Assembly: GCA_963666565.1 (NCBI GenBank)
Contig: OY762911.1
Coordinates: forward strand, 2,720,001-2,784,000
From: Thermoanaerobaculia bacterium
GTDB taxonomy: Bacteria > Acidobacteriota > Thermoanaerobaculia > Multivoradales > Multivoraceae
Length of the DNA: 64,000 nt
Direction of reading: 5' to 3'
Shown here: positions 10,293 through 19,785 of the stretch, piece after piece
How the letters are laid out: each line of letters begins with the position of its first letter
How positions within the stretch are numbered: position 1 is the first letter of the stretch
Notes under the pieces: generated by a model
The model's input: the letters and a program-made list of their open reading frames with translations, nothing else
Told to the model about the DNA's origin: nothing
Databases searched by the model: none
Translations under genes and position numbers: made by a program

Positions 10293-11111
10293 CTACTTGC
10301 CGCCGGTCACCGGCCACTTGGCCGGGTCGTGGTGCCTCAGGTAGTCCTTGCGGTCGATCCAGCCGAGGATCATCGACCACGTCATCCAGCGCTTTTCGGG
10401 CAGGATGGCGAAGTAGACGTGGGCCACGGTGAGCGTCACCAGCACGACGCCGCCGACGCCGTGGAGGACGTAGACCCAGCCCCAGCCGCCGTCGCCGAAG
10501 AACTTGTAGTCGTCCTGGGCCCAGAGCGGCTGCTCGATCCGCCACATCATCAGGATGCCGGTGACGATCGCGGCCATGCCCGCCAGGGTCGCGGCGTGAT
10601 GGAACATCTTCTGCGCCGCCGGGTACTTGCCGGGCTTGGCGGGCGCCTCGCCGCCGGTAACGGCCTTGCGCATCTCGCGCATCATGTCGCCGAGGTCCGA
10701 GAGCCCGACCCATACGTTCTTCAGGCTCTGGAAGAAGGTCGCGTGGACGATGTGGAAGACGATCGACGCGGTCAGGATCAGGCCGGTGATCCAGTGAATC
10801 TCGAGCCAGGCGAACTGCAGGCCGACCTTGGGCAGGAAGCCCGTGATCAGCAGCAGGATCATCGAGATCCCCATCACGGCATGGAACAGGCGGGACGCCA
10901 GACTGTGCCGCTGGATCTTCTGCGGCAGACCCGGATCGTCGGGGGCGTTGGCGGCTGCCTTCTTCTCCTCGCCGATCCAGCGGCGGCGGAGCGCCAGGTG
11001 GAGGATCAGGAACACGCCGCCGGCGATCAGCGCGATCCAGAACAGACTCCAGTCGATCCCCAGGAGGACGTCCTGTCCCCACGGGTTGGTGGCCCTCTGA
11101 AAGAGATTCAT
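10293..11111 (-). CDS. Cytochrome b/b6 domain membrane subunit (FdnI-like)
   Basis: About 5 transmembrane helices; RHSLASRLFH, EIHWITG, GKYPAAQKMFH, VLHG...AHVY heme-ligand histidines; MILGWI C-terminus. Confidence 0.85.
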   Translation of the reverse strand: MNLFQRATNPWGQDVLLGIDWSLFWIALIAGGVFLILHLALRRRWIGEEKKAAANAPDDPGLPQKIQRHSLASRLFHAVMGISMILLLITGFLPKVGLQFAWLEIHWITGLILTASIVFHIVHATFFQSLKNVWVGLSDLGDMMREMRKAVTGGEAPAKPGKYPAAQKMFHHAATLAGMAAIVTGILMMWRIEQPLWAQDDYKFFGDGGWGWVYVLHGVGGVVLVTLTVAHVYFAILPEKRWMTWSMILGWIDRKDYLRHHDPAKWPVTGGK

Positions 11112-11118
11112 GCGGGCC

Positions 11119-12123
11119 CTAGACCGGCGCCTGTCCGCGGATGGCGCGGCGGATGAGGTTCCTCATCAGCGGCACCTTGTAGCCGTTGTGGCGGAGCGGC
11201 TTGGCGCCGATGACGCCCAGCTCGGCGATCCGGGTGGCGACGTCTTCGCTGATCTTCTGGCCGCGCAGAAGCTCCTCGCAACGGTCCATGCGGAGCGGCA
11301 CCGGCGAGACGGCGCCGACGGAGAGGCGGCAGTCCTGGACGACCCCGTCCTCGACCCGCATCGCGGAGGCGACGTTGACCAGGGGGAAGTCCCAGGCGTT
11401 CCGGTCGCGAACCTTCTCGAAGTAGAAGTCGGCGCCGGCCCAGGTGTCCGGGATGCGGACGGACTGCAGGACCTCGTTGGGCTGCAGGACGGTCATCCGC
11501 GTGATGTCGATCGCGGGGCCGACGAAGAAGTCCTCGGCGGCCACGGTCCGCTCGCCGCGGCGGCCGCGGATGACCATCTCGGCGTCCAGCGCGATCAGCG
11601 CCGGCGCGGTGTCCGACGGCGTGACCGCGACGCAGCGCGAGGCGTCGAAGATGCAGTGCTCGCGGTTCATCGACTCCGGCGTGTCGGCGTAGCAGATGTT
11701 GCCGCCCGCCCGGTAGCAGGGCCAGCCGGCGCGGTAGTACCAGCAGCGGGTGTCCTGCACCAGGTTGCCGCCGAGCGTCCCCTGGTTGCGGATCTGCGGG
11801 GTGGCGACGGTTTCGGCGGCTTCCGCGAGGATGCCGTAGCGCTCCCGGATCAGCTCGTTGTCCACGACCTCGGTGAGCGGGGTCATGGCGCCGATCTCGA
11901 TGCCCCCGTCGGTTTCGCCGATGCCGGACAGTTCCGGGATCGCGCCGAGGTCGACGACCGCTTCGGGCCGCTTCACCCGGTCCTTGAACCAGTCGAAGGT
12001 GTCCATCCCGCCGGCGAGCACCCAAGCGCTCTCGCGGTGACGGTCGAGGACTTCGAGGGCGCCGTCCAGGCTCTCGGGCTGGTACAGCTCGAAGTCGGGG
12101 ATCATGTCGTGGATGACGGCCAT
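11119..12123 (-). CDS. Xanthine dehydrogenase family FAD-binding subunit (PaoB/YagS-like, with 4Fe-4S insert)
   Basis: LAGGMD, IRNQGTLGGNL, RCWYYR...CYRAGGNIC...C, PSDTAPAL, HNGYKV. Confidence 0.9.
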   Translation of the reverse strand: MAVIHDMIPDFELYQPESLDGALEVLDRHRESAWVLAGGMDTFDWFKDRVKRPEAVVDLGAIPELSGIGETDGGIEIGAMTPLTEVVDNELIRERYGILAEAAETVATPQIRNQGTLGGNLVQDTRCWYYRAGWPCYRAGGNICYADTPESMNREHCIFDASRCVAVTPSDTAPALIALDAEMVIRGRRGERTVAAEDFFVGPAIDITRMTVLQPNEVLQSVRIPDTWAGADFYFEKVRDRNAWDFPLVNVASAMRVEDGVVQDCRLSVGAVSPVPLRMDRCEELLRGQKISEDVATRIAELGVIGAKPLRHNGYKVPLMRNLIRRAIRGQAPV

Positions 12124-12168
12124 GCTGTGGTTTCCTCCTTCTGATCCGATCAGGCGTTCCGTGGCCGA

Positions 12169-14619
12169 TCAGGTGTGCGCGGCCAGGAATTCGCCGTCCT
12201 GCTCGCGGCCCTCGAGCTGGTTGATGATGTGGTCGGTCATGAGCGGCAGGTAGGCCACCGTGTCCTGCCCCAGCGCGTCCTGGATGGCGCACAGGAGCGC
12301 GGCGCAGCCGGCGCCCATCGGCGGCTCGCCGATGCCCTTGGAGCCCACCGGGTTGTTCGGGTCCGGCATGTTCACCGCGTCCCACTCCATCTCAAGCGGC
12401 ACGTCGAGGATCGTGGCCGGCCGGGCGGTGTAGAAGCGGTTGGCGAAGGGGATGCCCCACTGCGGGTCGTACACCCACTTCTGGCCGACCGCGCAGCCGA
12501 AGCCCTGGACGGCGCCGCCGTGAAGCTGGCCGCCGAGGCTCCTGGGGTTGAGGACGGTGCCGCAGTCGGTGACCGCCTTGTAGTCCGCGAGTTCGATGAC
12601 GCCGGTTTCCTTGTCCAACTCGATCTCGGCGTAGGCGACGACCCAGGAGTAGACGTCGCCGGCGCGGCCGTAGTTGTCCTTGGCGGCGGCCAGCAGGCCC
12701 TTGCCCTTGAGGACGGCGGCGCCTCCGAGCGTGATCGGGCTCAGGCCCTCGTTCAGCTCGGTGCCGTCGAAGCGGCCCCCGAGTTCGATCGCCTTCCGGG
12801 CGGCCTGGGCGAAGCTCAGGCCCGCCGCGCGGTTGCCGCGCCGGTAGACGCGCTCGCCGGCGACGACGTACTGCGAGGCCGAGCCGCCGTGGACCTGGGC
12901 CGCGATCTCCTGCAGCTTCGTCTTCATGTCGGTGGCGGCGGCGTGAGTGGCGCGGGTGATTGCGTGGGTCGTCTGGCTGCCCGCCTGCACGCAGGTGTGG
13001 GGGACGCCCTTGCCGGTGTCGCCCCAGACCATGTCCACCTTCTCCCACGGCACGTCGAGCAGGTCGGCGGCGACGCGCGCGGTGTCGGAGTAGGAGTGGG
13101 TGCCGAGGTTGCCGATCCCGGTGTGGATCTCGAGCCGGCCTTCCGGCGTGATCAGCATGAGTCCGTCGAAGCCGCTTGAACCGGCGGTGTAGGTCGAACT
13201 CGCGAGGCCGACGCCGGTGATCTTCGAGCCGTTTGCCTGCCCGCTGCGGGCCTTGGCGTCGTCCCAGTCGACCATCTCGGCCAGCCGGTTCCAGGCCTCG
13301 GCAACGTAGGCGGTGGTCACGTTGCGACCTTCCCCGTCGCCGAACTTGGCGCCGTTCTTCGCGATGTTGATCTGGCGGATCGTCAGACGGTCGATCCCCA
13401 GGTGGTCGGCGGCGCGGTCGAGCAGGGGCTCGACCATGGCGGACATCTGCACGCCGCCCGGCGCCCGCTGCGGCGCCCTCGGCGGCGTGTTCGTCGCGAT
13501 GGAGAGGCCGCGGTGGCGCATGTTCTCGGGCTGGTAGGTGAGGGACACCATGTTGCCCGAGGTGCCCATGTCGCTCTGGCGGCCGTACGGGCCGTTGTCC
13601 TGGATCACCGCCCAGTCGAAGGCGGTGATGCGGCCGTCGTTCCTGAATCCGATCTTCGCCCAGCCCTGGAAGCCGGGGCGGGCGCGGCCGATGTAGTTCT
13701 CCTCGTAGCGGGTGACCCGGTGCATGACCGGCTTGCCGGTCTTCTTCGCCAGGTAGACCGGCACCGCCATGTTGCTGGTGCCGACGATCTTGCTGCCGAA
13801 GCCGCCGCCGGTGTACTCGGCATGGACGACCAGGTTCTGGGGCGGCACCCCGACCGTGCCCTGGCCCGCGAGCAGCGTGAAGGCGACGCTCTGGGTCGAG
13901 GGATAGAGGTGGCAGGTTTCGCCTTCCCAGTGGGCCATGCAGCTCCGCGGCTCCATCGGGTGGTGGGTCACGGACTGGAAGAAGAGCGGCTCGTCGATGA
14001 TGTAGTCGGCGTCGGCGAAGCCCTTCTCCAAGTCGCCGTTCGTCCACTCGTCCTGGAACACGCCCTCGGGCATCCTGCCCTTCTCGCCGTCCGAGCCCCT
14101 CCCGGCAGCGAGATCCTCGGCCTTCCACTCGACGCGCTCGACGACGGTCTCCATTCCCGTGTCGGTGCGCCGGCGGACGATGCTGTTGCCGTCCGGCAGC
14201 GAGTTCGCGCCTCCCGGGGCGATCGAATCCAGCGGATCCAGCGCGAACGGGAGCGGCTCGAAGTCGACCTGGATCTTCTCGATCGCGTCGGCGGCGATCT
14301 TCTCGCTGACGGCGGCGACGGCGAGCACGGGCTCGCCCTCGTACTTCGGATGGTTCGTCAGGGAGCGTTCGTCCAGCGGCCCCGCCTCGCCCATGTACTC
14401 GGCGAGGTCGTCCGCGGTGAGAACCGCCTCGACGCCCTCCATCTCCAGGGCGGCGGAGGCGTCGATGTTGCGCACCCGCGCGTGGGGCATCGGCGAGAGC
14501 AACTGCTTGGCGAACAGCATGCCCTCGGCGCGCCAGTCCTCGGCGTACTTGGCGCGGCCGGTGATCTTCTCGATCAGGTCGGGTGGGGCGTAGTCGGTGC
14601 CGACGAGGGTGTTGGCCAT
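12169..14619 (-). CDS. Xanthine dehydrogenase family molybdopterin-binding subunit
   Basis: KITGRAKYAED, HHPMEP, GGGFGSK, QRAPG, GQLHGGAVQG and KGIGEPP motifs; RBS GGAGG precedes ATG 14619. Confidence 0.92.
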   Translation of the reverse strand: MANTLVGTDYAPPDLIEKITGRAKYAEDWRAEGMLFAKQLLSPMPHARVRNIDASAALEMEGVEAVLTADDLAEYMGEAGPLDERSLTNHPKYEGEPVLAVAAVSEKIAADAIEKIQVDFEPLPFALDPLDSIAPGGANSLPDGNSIVRRRTDTGMETVVERVEWKAEDLAAGRGSDGEKGRMPEGVFQDEWTNGDLEKGFADADYIIDEPLFFQSVTHHPMEPRSCMAHWEGETCHLYPSTQSVAFTLLAGQGTVGVPPQNLVVHAEYTGGGFGSKIVGTSNMAVPVYLAKKTGKPVMHRVTRYEENYIGRARPGFQGWAKIGFRNDGRITAFDWAVIQDNGPYGRQSDMGTSGNMVSLTYQPENMRHRGLSIATNTPPRAPQRAPGGVQMSAMVEPLLDRAADHLGIDRLTIRQINIAKNGAKFGDGEGRNVTTAYVAEAWNRLAEMVDWDDAKARSGQANGSKITGVGLASSTYTAGSSGFDGLMLITPEGRLEIHTGIGNLGTHSYSDTARVAADLLDVPWEKVDMVWGDTGKGVPHTCVQAGSQTTHAITRATHAAATDMKTKLQEIAAQVHGGSASQYVVAGERVYRRGNRAAGLSFAQAARKAIELGGRFDGTELNEGLSPITLGGAAVLKGKGLLAAAKDNYGRAGDVYSWVVAYAEIELDKETGVIELADYKAVTDCGTVLNPRSLGGQLHGGAVQGFGCAVGQKWVYDPQWGIPFANRFYTARPATILDVPLEMEWDAVNMPDPNNPVGSKGIGEPPMGAGCAALLCAIQDALGQDTVAYLPLMTDHIINQLEGREQDGEFLAAHT

Positions 14620-14635
14620 GCTCTGGTTCCTCCGC

Positions 14636-15355
14636 TCAGGCGGTGCGCGCGTTCTCAAGCGCGCGTTCGGCCGTGTTCAGGATCTTGTTGTAGTCGCCGC
14701 AGCGGCAGATGTGGCCGGCGAGCCACTTCTGGGCGTCCGCGCGGGTCGCGTTCGGGTTGGCCTTGACCAGGGCCGCCATGCTCATGATGAAGCCCGGAGC
14801 GCAGAAGGCGCACTGGAAGCCCATCTCGTCGATGACCGCCTGCTGGACCGGGTGAAGGACGCCGTCCTGTTCGAGACCTTCCACCGTGGTGACCTCGCGT
14901 CCCCGCACCTGATGCACCAGGATCGAGCAGCCGTAGTGGGGAACGTCGTCGATCAGCACGGTGCAGGCGCCGCACTCGGCGCGGTCGCAGCCGAGCTTGG
15001 TGCCGGTGAGGTCCAGCTTGTAGCGCAGCACCATGGCCAGGGTGTCCATCGGCTCCACATCGAGCTCGTGGCTCTCGCCGTTCACCCGGAGCTCGATCGT
15101 TCGGGCCACCGGCTCGGTCGCCGCGCGCAGCACGTCGGGCTGCAGCAGGTTGCCGCCCGCCATCGAGACGGCGGCGCCGGTGGCGACGGAACCCTGGATG
15201 AAGGTCCGCCGGCTGACGCTCGAGAGGCCGCCGCCGTCGCCCGATTCGCCCTCTTCCAGGTCGAGCCGGGCCTCCGTTTCGAGGTCGGAGTTCTCGTCTC
15301 GCAGATCCTCCAGCAGGTCGTCCTGCAGGAAGACGTCTTCTCTCAGCTCATCCAT
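14636..15355 (-). CDS. (2Fe-2S) subunit with Tat signal (PaoA/YagT-like)
   Basis: SRRTFIQG twin-arginine motif; GTKLGCDRAECGACTV, FQCAFCAPG, ICRCG. Confidence 0.9.
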   Translation of the reverse strand: MDELREDVFLQDDLLEDLRDENSDLETEARLDLEEGESGDGGGLSSVSRRTFIQGSVATGAAVSMAGGNLLQPDVLRAATEPVARTIELRVNGESHELDVEPMDTLAMVLRYKLDLTGTKLGCDRAECGACTVLIDDVPHYGCSILVHQVRGREVTTVEGLEQDGVLHPVQQAVIDEMGFQCAFCAPGFIMSMAALVKANPNATRADAQKWLAGHICRCGDYNKILNTAERALENARTA

Positions 15356-15520
15356 GGTCTCCAACCTCCGTCAGGCGGGCGGTGGTCAAGGGGGCTGCCC
15401 TCTGGTCTGTTACCGGCTTCCGGCGGCGAGCATACAACATGAATCCCGGGCCGCCGAAAGGCGAACTTCCGCGGCGGCCGGGAGGACGGCGGCGCCGGTT
15501 CGCGAACCGAGGCGGCCGGG

Positions 15521-17221
15521 TCAGATCCGGCCTCCGACGATCACGTCGAGCACCCGGGGGCCGCCGGCGGCGAAGGCTTCGCGCACCGCGTCCTCGACTT
15601 CGGCCGGATCCTCGACCTTCCGGCCCGGCACGCCCATGCCCGCGGCCATCTCGACGAAGTCGAGTTCCGGCTCGGTGAGGTTCATGTGGGGGTAGGGCCG
15701 GTCCGCCGGGATGCCGAAGCGTTCCCGGTAGATGTCCATGTTGATCTTCAGGATCTTGTACTCGCGGTTGTGCAGGATCAGGAAGACGATCGGCATGTCG
15801 TAGTGGGCGGCGGTCCAGAGCGCCTGGATCGAGTACATGGCCGAGCCGTCGCCCGAGAACACGATGACCGGCCGCTCGGGGTGGGCCAGCGAGGCGCCGA
15901 TGCCGCCGACGAGTCCCTGGCCGATGCCGCCGCCGCGGGTGCCGCAGTAGCGGTCCGGGTCGTCGACGGGCAGGAAGCCGAGCAGGTCGCCGCCCGCGGT
16001 GATCGACTCGTTGACCACGACGGCGTCGTCCGGCACGGCCTTGGCGACCTCGGACATGAGGCGCGCCGGCGACATGGGCGCGTCGTCGAAGTGGGCCTTG
16101 AGCCGCTTCCGGCGCGCGGCGTGCGCGCCTTCGGCGGCCGCCCGCAGCTTGTCCATGCGCTCCGCGGCGGCCGTCCGGAAACCGGCGTCCGCGGCCGCCT
16201 CAAGCGCCTCCCGCAGCGCCGCGAGCCCGGCCCGCGGGTCGGCGAGCATTCCCGCGTCGACCGCGAAGTTGAAGGCGAGCCGGCTCGGGGCGTCCTCGAT
16301 CTGGAGCACGGCCGTTTCGGCGCCGAACGGGGAGTCCGGGTCGAACCAGACCTCCTCGAAGAAGGAGCCACCGACCAGCAGGACGACGTCGGCACCGCCA
16401 AGCGCGTGCTGGATGCCTGCGTGGTTGAGCGGCATCCGCGGCCGGAAGCAGGGATGGCTCTGCGGGAAGTTCAGGCGCTGCATCAGCCCTTCCGGGTAGA
16501 CCCCCGCGCCGAGGAACTCGGCCAGCGCGACGAGTTCCCGCTGGCCGCCGCTCCTGGCGACGCCGTCGCCGATCACGATCGCCGGCTGACGCGCCCGGCC
16601 CAGCAGCTCGGCCATGCGGGCGACCGCAGCCGCTTCCGGCTGCGGCGCCCGGTAGAGGTCGCCGAGCGGCCGTACCGGCTCCGAGGTCTCTTCCTCCAGG
16701 ACGTTGAGCGGCAGCGCGACGAACACCGGCCCCGCGGGCGGATCGTGCGCCACCTTGAAGGCGCGGTGGAGGATCGGCGCGAACTCGTCGGCGCGCTCGA
16801 CCTGGACGCTCCACTTGACCAGGGGATCGGCCATCGCCACCAGGTCGTGGCCCAGCAGGGGCTCGCGGAGCCGCGATCGGGTGTCCTGCTGGCCGGCCGT
16901 GACGACCATCGGGGTGTTCGCCTCCCAGGCGTTGTAGAGCATGCCGAGGGCGTTGCCGAGCCCCGGCGCCACGTGCAGGTTGACGACCCCGGCGATGCCG
17001 GTCGCCTGCGCGTAGTAGTGCGCCGCGCCGAGCGCCACGGACTCGTGCAGCGCCAGGACGTAGCGCAGGTCCGGGTGGTCGGAGAGCCGGTCCATCAGCG
17101 GACTCTCCGTGGTGCCGGGATTGCCGAACAGGAACGGAATGCCGTACTCGGTCAGGGCGTCGAGCAGGACGTCGCCGCCGCGTTGGGGGCTGCGCTTCGG
17201 ACGGATCGCTGGCAAGCTCAT
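15521..17221 (-). CDS. Thiamine-diphosphate enzyme, benzoylformate decarboxylase (MdlC)-like
   Basis: FGNPGTTE, LALHE, NLHVAPGLGNA and GDGSAMY...HNREY ThDP motif. The true start is ATG 17221, not the long ORF start. Confidence 0.88.
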   Translation of the reverse strand: MSLPAIRPKRSPQRGGDVLLDALTEYGIPFLFGNPGTTESPLMDRLSDHPDLRYVLALHESVALGAAHYYAQATGIAGVVNLHVAPGLGNALGMLYNAWEANTPMVVTAGQQDTRSRLREPLLGHDLVAMADPLVKWSVQVERADEFAPILHRAFKVAHDPPAGPVFVALPLNVLEEETSEPVRPLGDLYRAPQPEAAAVARMAELLGRARQPAIVIGDGVARSGGQRELVALAEFLGAGVYPEGLMQRLNFPQSHPCFRPRMPLNHAGIQHALGGADVVLLVGGSFFEEVWFDPDSPFGAETAVLQIEDAPSRLAFNFAVDAGMLADPRAGLAALREALEAAADAGFRTAAAERMDKLRAAAEGAHAARRKRLKAHFDDAPMSPARLMSEVAKAVPDDAVVVNESITAGGDLLGFLPVDDPDRYCGTRGGGIGQGLVGGIGASLAHPERPVIVFSGDGSAMYSIQALWTAAHYDMPIVFLILHNREYKILKINMDIYRERFGIPADRPYPHMNLTEPELDFVEMAAGMGVPGRKVEDPAEVEDAVREAFAAGGPRVLDVIVGGRI

Positions 17222-17362
17222 GGCGAGCGAGGCTAGCAGGAGCGGCGGGCGGTTCCCCGTCGCCCGTTTGGACGTGGCGGGCGCGGCCCTTCCGGTGCTA
17301 CGGTTAGCGACTTCCGAGCCCTCTCGGGGGCACCCACAACGAGCCGGATGGAGGCGACGGCA

Positions 17363-19675
17363 ATGGCCAGCGGCGAGACAGGCAACGGAGTACTGGACGA
17401 GCAGACGCAAGCGGCGGCGGCGTTCATGGGCGCCGACCGGTTCCAGGGAATCAGGAGGCTTCACACCGCGCGCGAAGTGGCGGCGCAGCGGGGCTCGATT
17501 CCGCAGGACTACACGGTGGCGCGGGACGCCGCGGCGGCCTTCCACGCGCGGCTGAGGGACCTGTTCGACCGGAGGAAGTCGATCACCACGTTCGGCCCGT
17601 ACTCGCCGGGCCAGGCGGTGGCGATGAAGCGGCGAGGGATCGAGGGCATCTACCTCGGTGGCTGGGCGACCTCGGCCAAGGGCTCGATCACCGAGGATCC
17701 GGGGCCGGATCTCGCCAGCTACCCCCTGAGCCAGGTGCCGGACGAGGCGGCGCCGATCGTCCGCGCCCTGCTGACGGCCGACAAGAACCAGACCTTCAAC
17801 CGTTCGCGGATGAGCGAGGCGGAGCGGCGGGCGAACCCGGCGACCGACTTCCGCCCGTTCATCGTCGCCGACGCGGACACCGGCCACGGCGGCGAACAGC
17901 ATGTGCGCAACCTGATCCGCCGGTTCGTCGAGGTGGGCGTGCCCGGCTACCACATCGAGGACCAGAAGCCCGGGGTCAAGAAGTGCGGCCACCAGGCGGG
18001 CAAGGTCCTGGTGCCGCAGGACGAACAGAACAAGCGGCTGAACTCCGCCCGCTTCCAGTTGGACGTGATGGCGGTTGCCGGCCTCATCGTCGCCCGCACG
18101 GACTCGGAGGCCGCGACCTTCCTCGACGGCAACGGCGACGAGCGCGACCAGGCGTTCATTCTCGGCGCCACGAACCTCGATCTGCCGAGCTGCAAGACGG
18201 CGACCCTGGCCATCCTGCGGCGGCTGAACGCCCTGGGCGCGGAAGACGTCCGCGGCCACGAGCTGTACGAGATCTCGGAAGCCGCCTACCGCCGCGCCGA
18301 CCTCTGGCTGGAGGGCGCCGGCGTCTACGAGCGGCTCGAGTCCGCCTACGGCAAGGCGGCCGCGAACGGCGGCGCGGCGGTCGAGGCCGCGCTCGACGAG
18401 ACGATGGCCTCCTTCCTCGACGCCTGGCAGGCGGAGGCCGGGCTCAAGACCTACCCGCAGGCCGTGGCGGAAGTCATCGCCTTCCGGGAAGAGGAAGGCG
18501 CGGTCTTCGATCTCTCGGTGGAGGAGTGGCTGGAGTTCGCCCACTCCGTGCCGGTCGAGGAAGCGGCGGCCCGTGCGCGCAAGATGGGCATCAACCTGGT
18601 CTGGAACGCCGAGATCGCGCGCACCCCCGAGGGCTACTACCAGATCCGGGGCGGCATCGAGTACGCGATCTCGCGTTCCCTGCACGCCGCGCCCTACGCC
18701 GACCTGATCTGGATGGAGACGGCGACCGCCAACCTGAAGGACGCGCGCCGCTTCGCCGAGGCGATCCACGCCGTGTTCCCGGACCAGTTGCTGGCCTACA
18801 ACCTCTCCCCCTCCTTCAACTGGGACACGACCGGCATGTCGGACGAGGAAATGAAGAAGTTCCCGGAGGAACTGGGCAGGCTCGGCTACGTCTTCAACTT
18901 CATTACCTACGGCGGCCACCAGGTCGACGGTCTGGCGGCGGAGGACTTCGCCACCGCCCTGCGCGAGGACGGCATGTTGGCGCTGGCCCGGCTGCAGCGG
19001 AAGCTGCGTCTGGTGGGGTCGCCCTACCGGACGCCGCAGGCCCTCGTCGGCGGCGCCCGGCTCGACGGCGGGCTCTCGGCCGCGACCGGCCACACGGCGA
19101 CGACCAAGGCGATGGGCAAGGGCTCGACCCACGTTCAGCACCTGGCGCAGACCGAGGTGCCGCCGCGGCTGCTCGAGGAGTGGCTCGACCTGTGGCGCGG
19201 CAAGTACGACGTCGACGAGCGCATGCGCGTGGAACTCCGGCCCCACGTCGCCGGTTCCGAGCTCCTGGAGCTCAACGTCCTGGCTCGGAACGGACGCGAC
19301 GAGTCGAAGGCGGCGAACGTCGTCTTCGCGCCCATCCGCGACCGCCGAGAGCGGATGATCCTCTCGGTGCGCGACCAGAACACCTTCGACCTCGACCTGA
19401 GGAGGCGCCGCCTGATGGCGCTGATCCACGTGTTCCTGATCCACCGCTACGGCGCGGCGTGGGTCCACTACGTCAGTCCGACGGACGACAACCAGCACCA
19501 GACCCGGCGCATGATCGAACTCGGGATCTTCGAGACGGCGAACACCGAGGTCGGCGAGATCATCGTCGCGGCGGTCAACCGGGAACGGGTCCGCGAACTT
19601 GCGGGGCGGGATCGCGAGTCGCTGACGGCGCTGATCGAGAAGACCGAACCGGCGCCGGTGCGGGCCGCCTCGTGA
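17363..19675 (+). CDS. aceA: Isocitrate lyase, long ICL2 type (~770 aa)
   Basis: [24 protein letters not shown] catalytic motif, [11 protein letters not shown], plus a C-terminal extension (VRDQNTF...HYVSPTDDN) as in mycobacterial ICL2. Confidence 0.92.
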   Translation: MASGETGNGVLDEQTQAAAAFMGADRFQGIRRLHTAREVAAQRGSIPQDYTVARDAAAAFHARLRDLFDRRKSITTFGPYSPGQAVAMKRRGIEGIYLGGWATSAKGSITEDPGPDLASYPLSQVPDEAAPIVRALLTADKNQTFNRSRMSEAERRANPATDFRPFIVADADTGHGGEQHVRNLIRRFVEVGVPGYHIEDQKPGVKKCGHQAGKVLVPQDEQNKRLNSARFQLDVMAVAGLIVARTDSEAATFLDGNGDERDQAFILGATNLDLPSCKTATLAILRRLNALGAEDVRGHELYEISEAAYRRADLWLEGAGVYERLESAYGKAAANGGAAVEAALDETMASFLDAWQAEAGLKTYPQAVAEVIAFREEEGAVFDLSVEEWLEFAHSVPVEEAAARARKMGINLVWNAEIARTPEGYYQIRGGIEYAISRSLHAAPYADLIWMETATANLKDARRFAEAIHAVFPDQLLAYNLSPSFNWDTTGMSDEEMKKFPEELGRLGYVFNFITYGGHQVDGLAAEDFATALREDGMLALARLQRKLRLVGSPYRTPQALVGGARLDGGLSAATGHTATTKAMGKGSTHVQHLAQTEVPPRLLEEWLDLWRGKYDVDERMRVELRPHVAGSELLELNVLARNGRDESKAANVVFAPIRDRRERMILSVRDQNTFDLDLRRRRLMALIHVFLIHRYGAAWVHYVSPTDDNQHQTRRMIELGIFETANTEVGEIIVAAVNRERVRELAGRDRESLTALIEKTEPAPVRAAS

Positions 19676-19688
19676 TCCGGGCCGCCCG

Positions 19689-19729
19689 CTGGGTGCGCGG
19701 GTCTTCTGACCCGCTGCCGCCGAAGGCGG
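19689..19729 (+). repeat. REP-like double-hairpin repeat, copy 2
   Basis: ctgggtgcgcgggtcttctgacccgctgccgccgaaggcgg, followed by a gccgcgaagcggc hairpin at 19742-19754. Confidence 0.85.
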
Positions 19730-19785
19730 GCAGGAGCACGCGCCGCGAAGCGGCTCCGCTTGGCGGCCGGTTCCATAGCCGCGTC

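Noticed and set aside
12169-14619. Aerobic CO dehydrogenase (CoxL)
   Set aside because: It lacks the AYxCSFR active-site loop and has APQRAPG instead, with a Tat-exported partner.
15521-19498. Apparent giant fusions in the ORF track (1325 aa, 1465 aa, 1504 aa, 926 aa)
   Set aside because: The N-terminal parts overlap other genuine genes; only the C-terminal parts are real, and they have their own starts.
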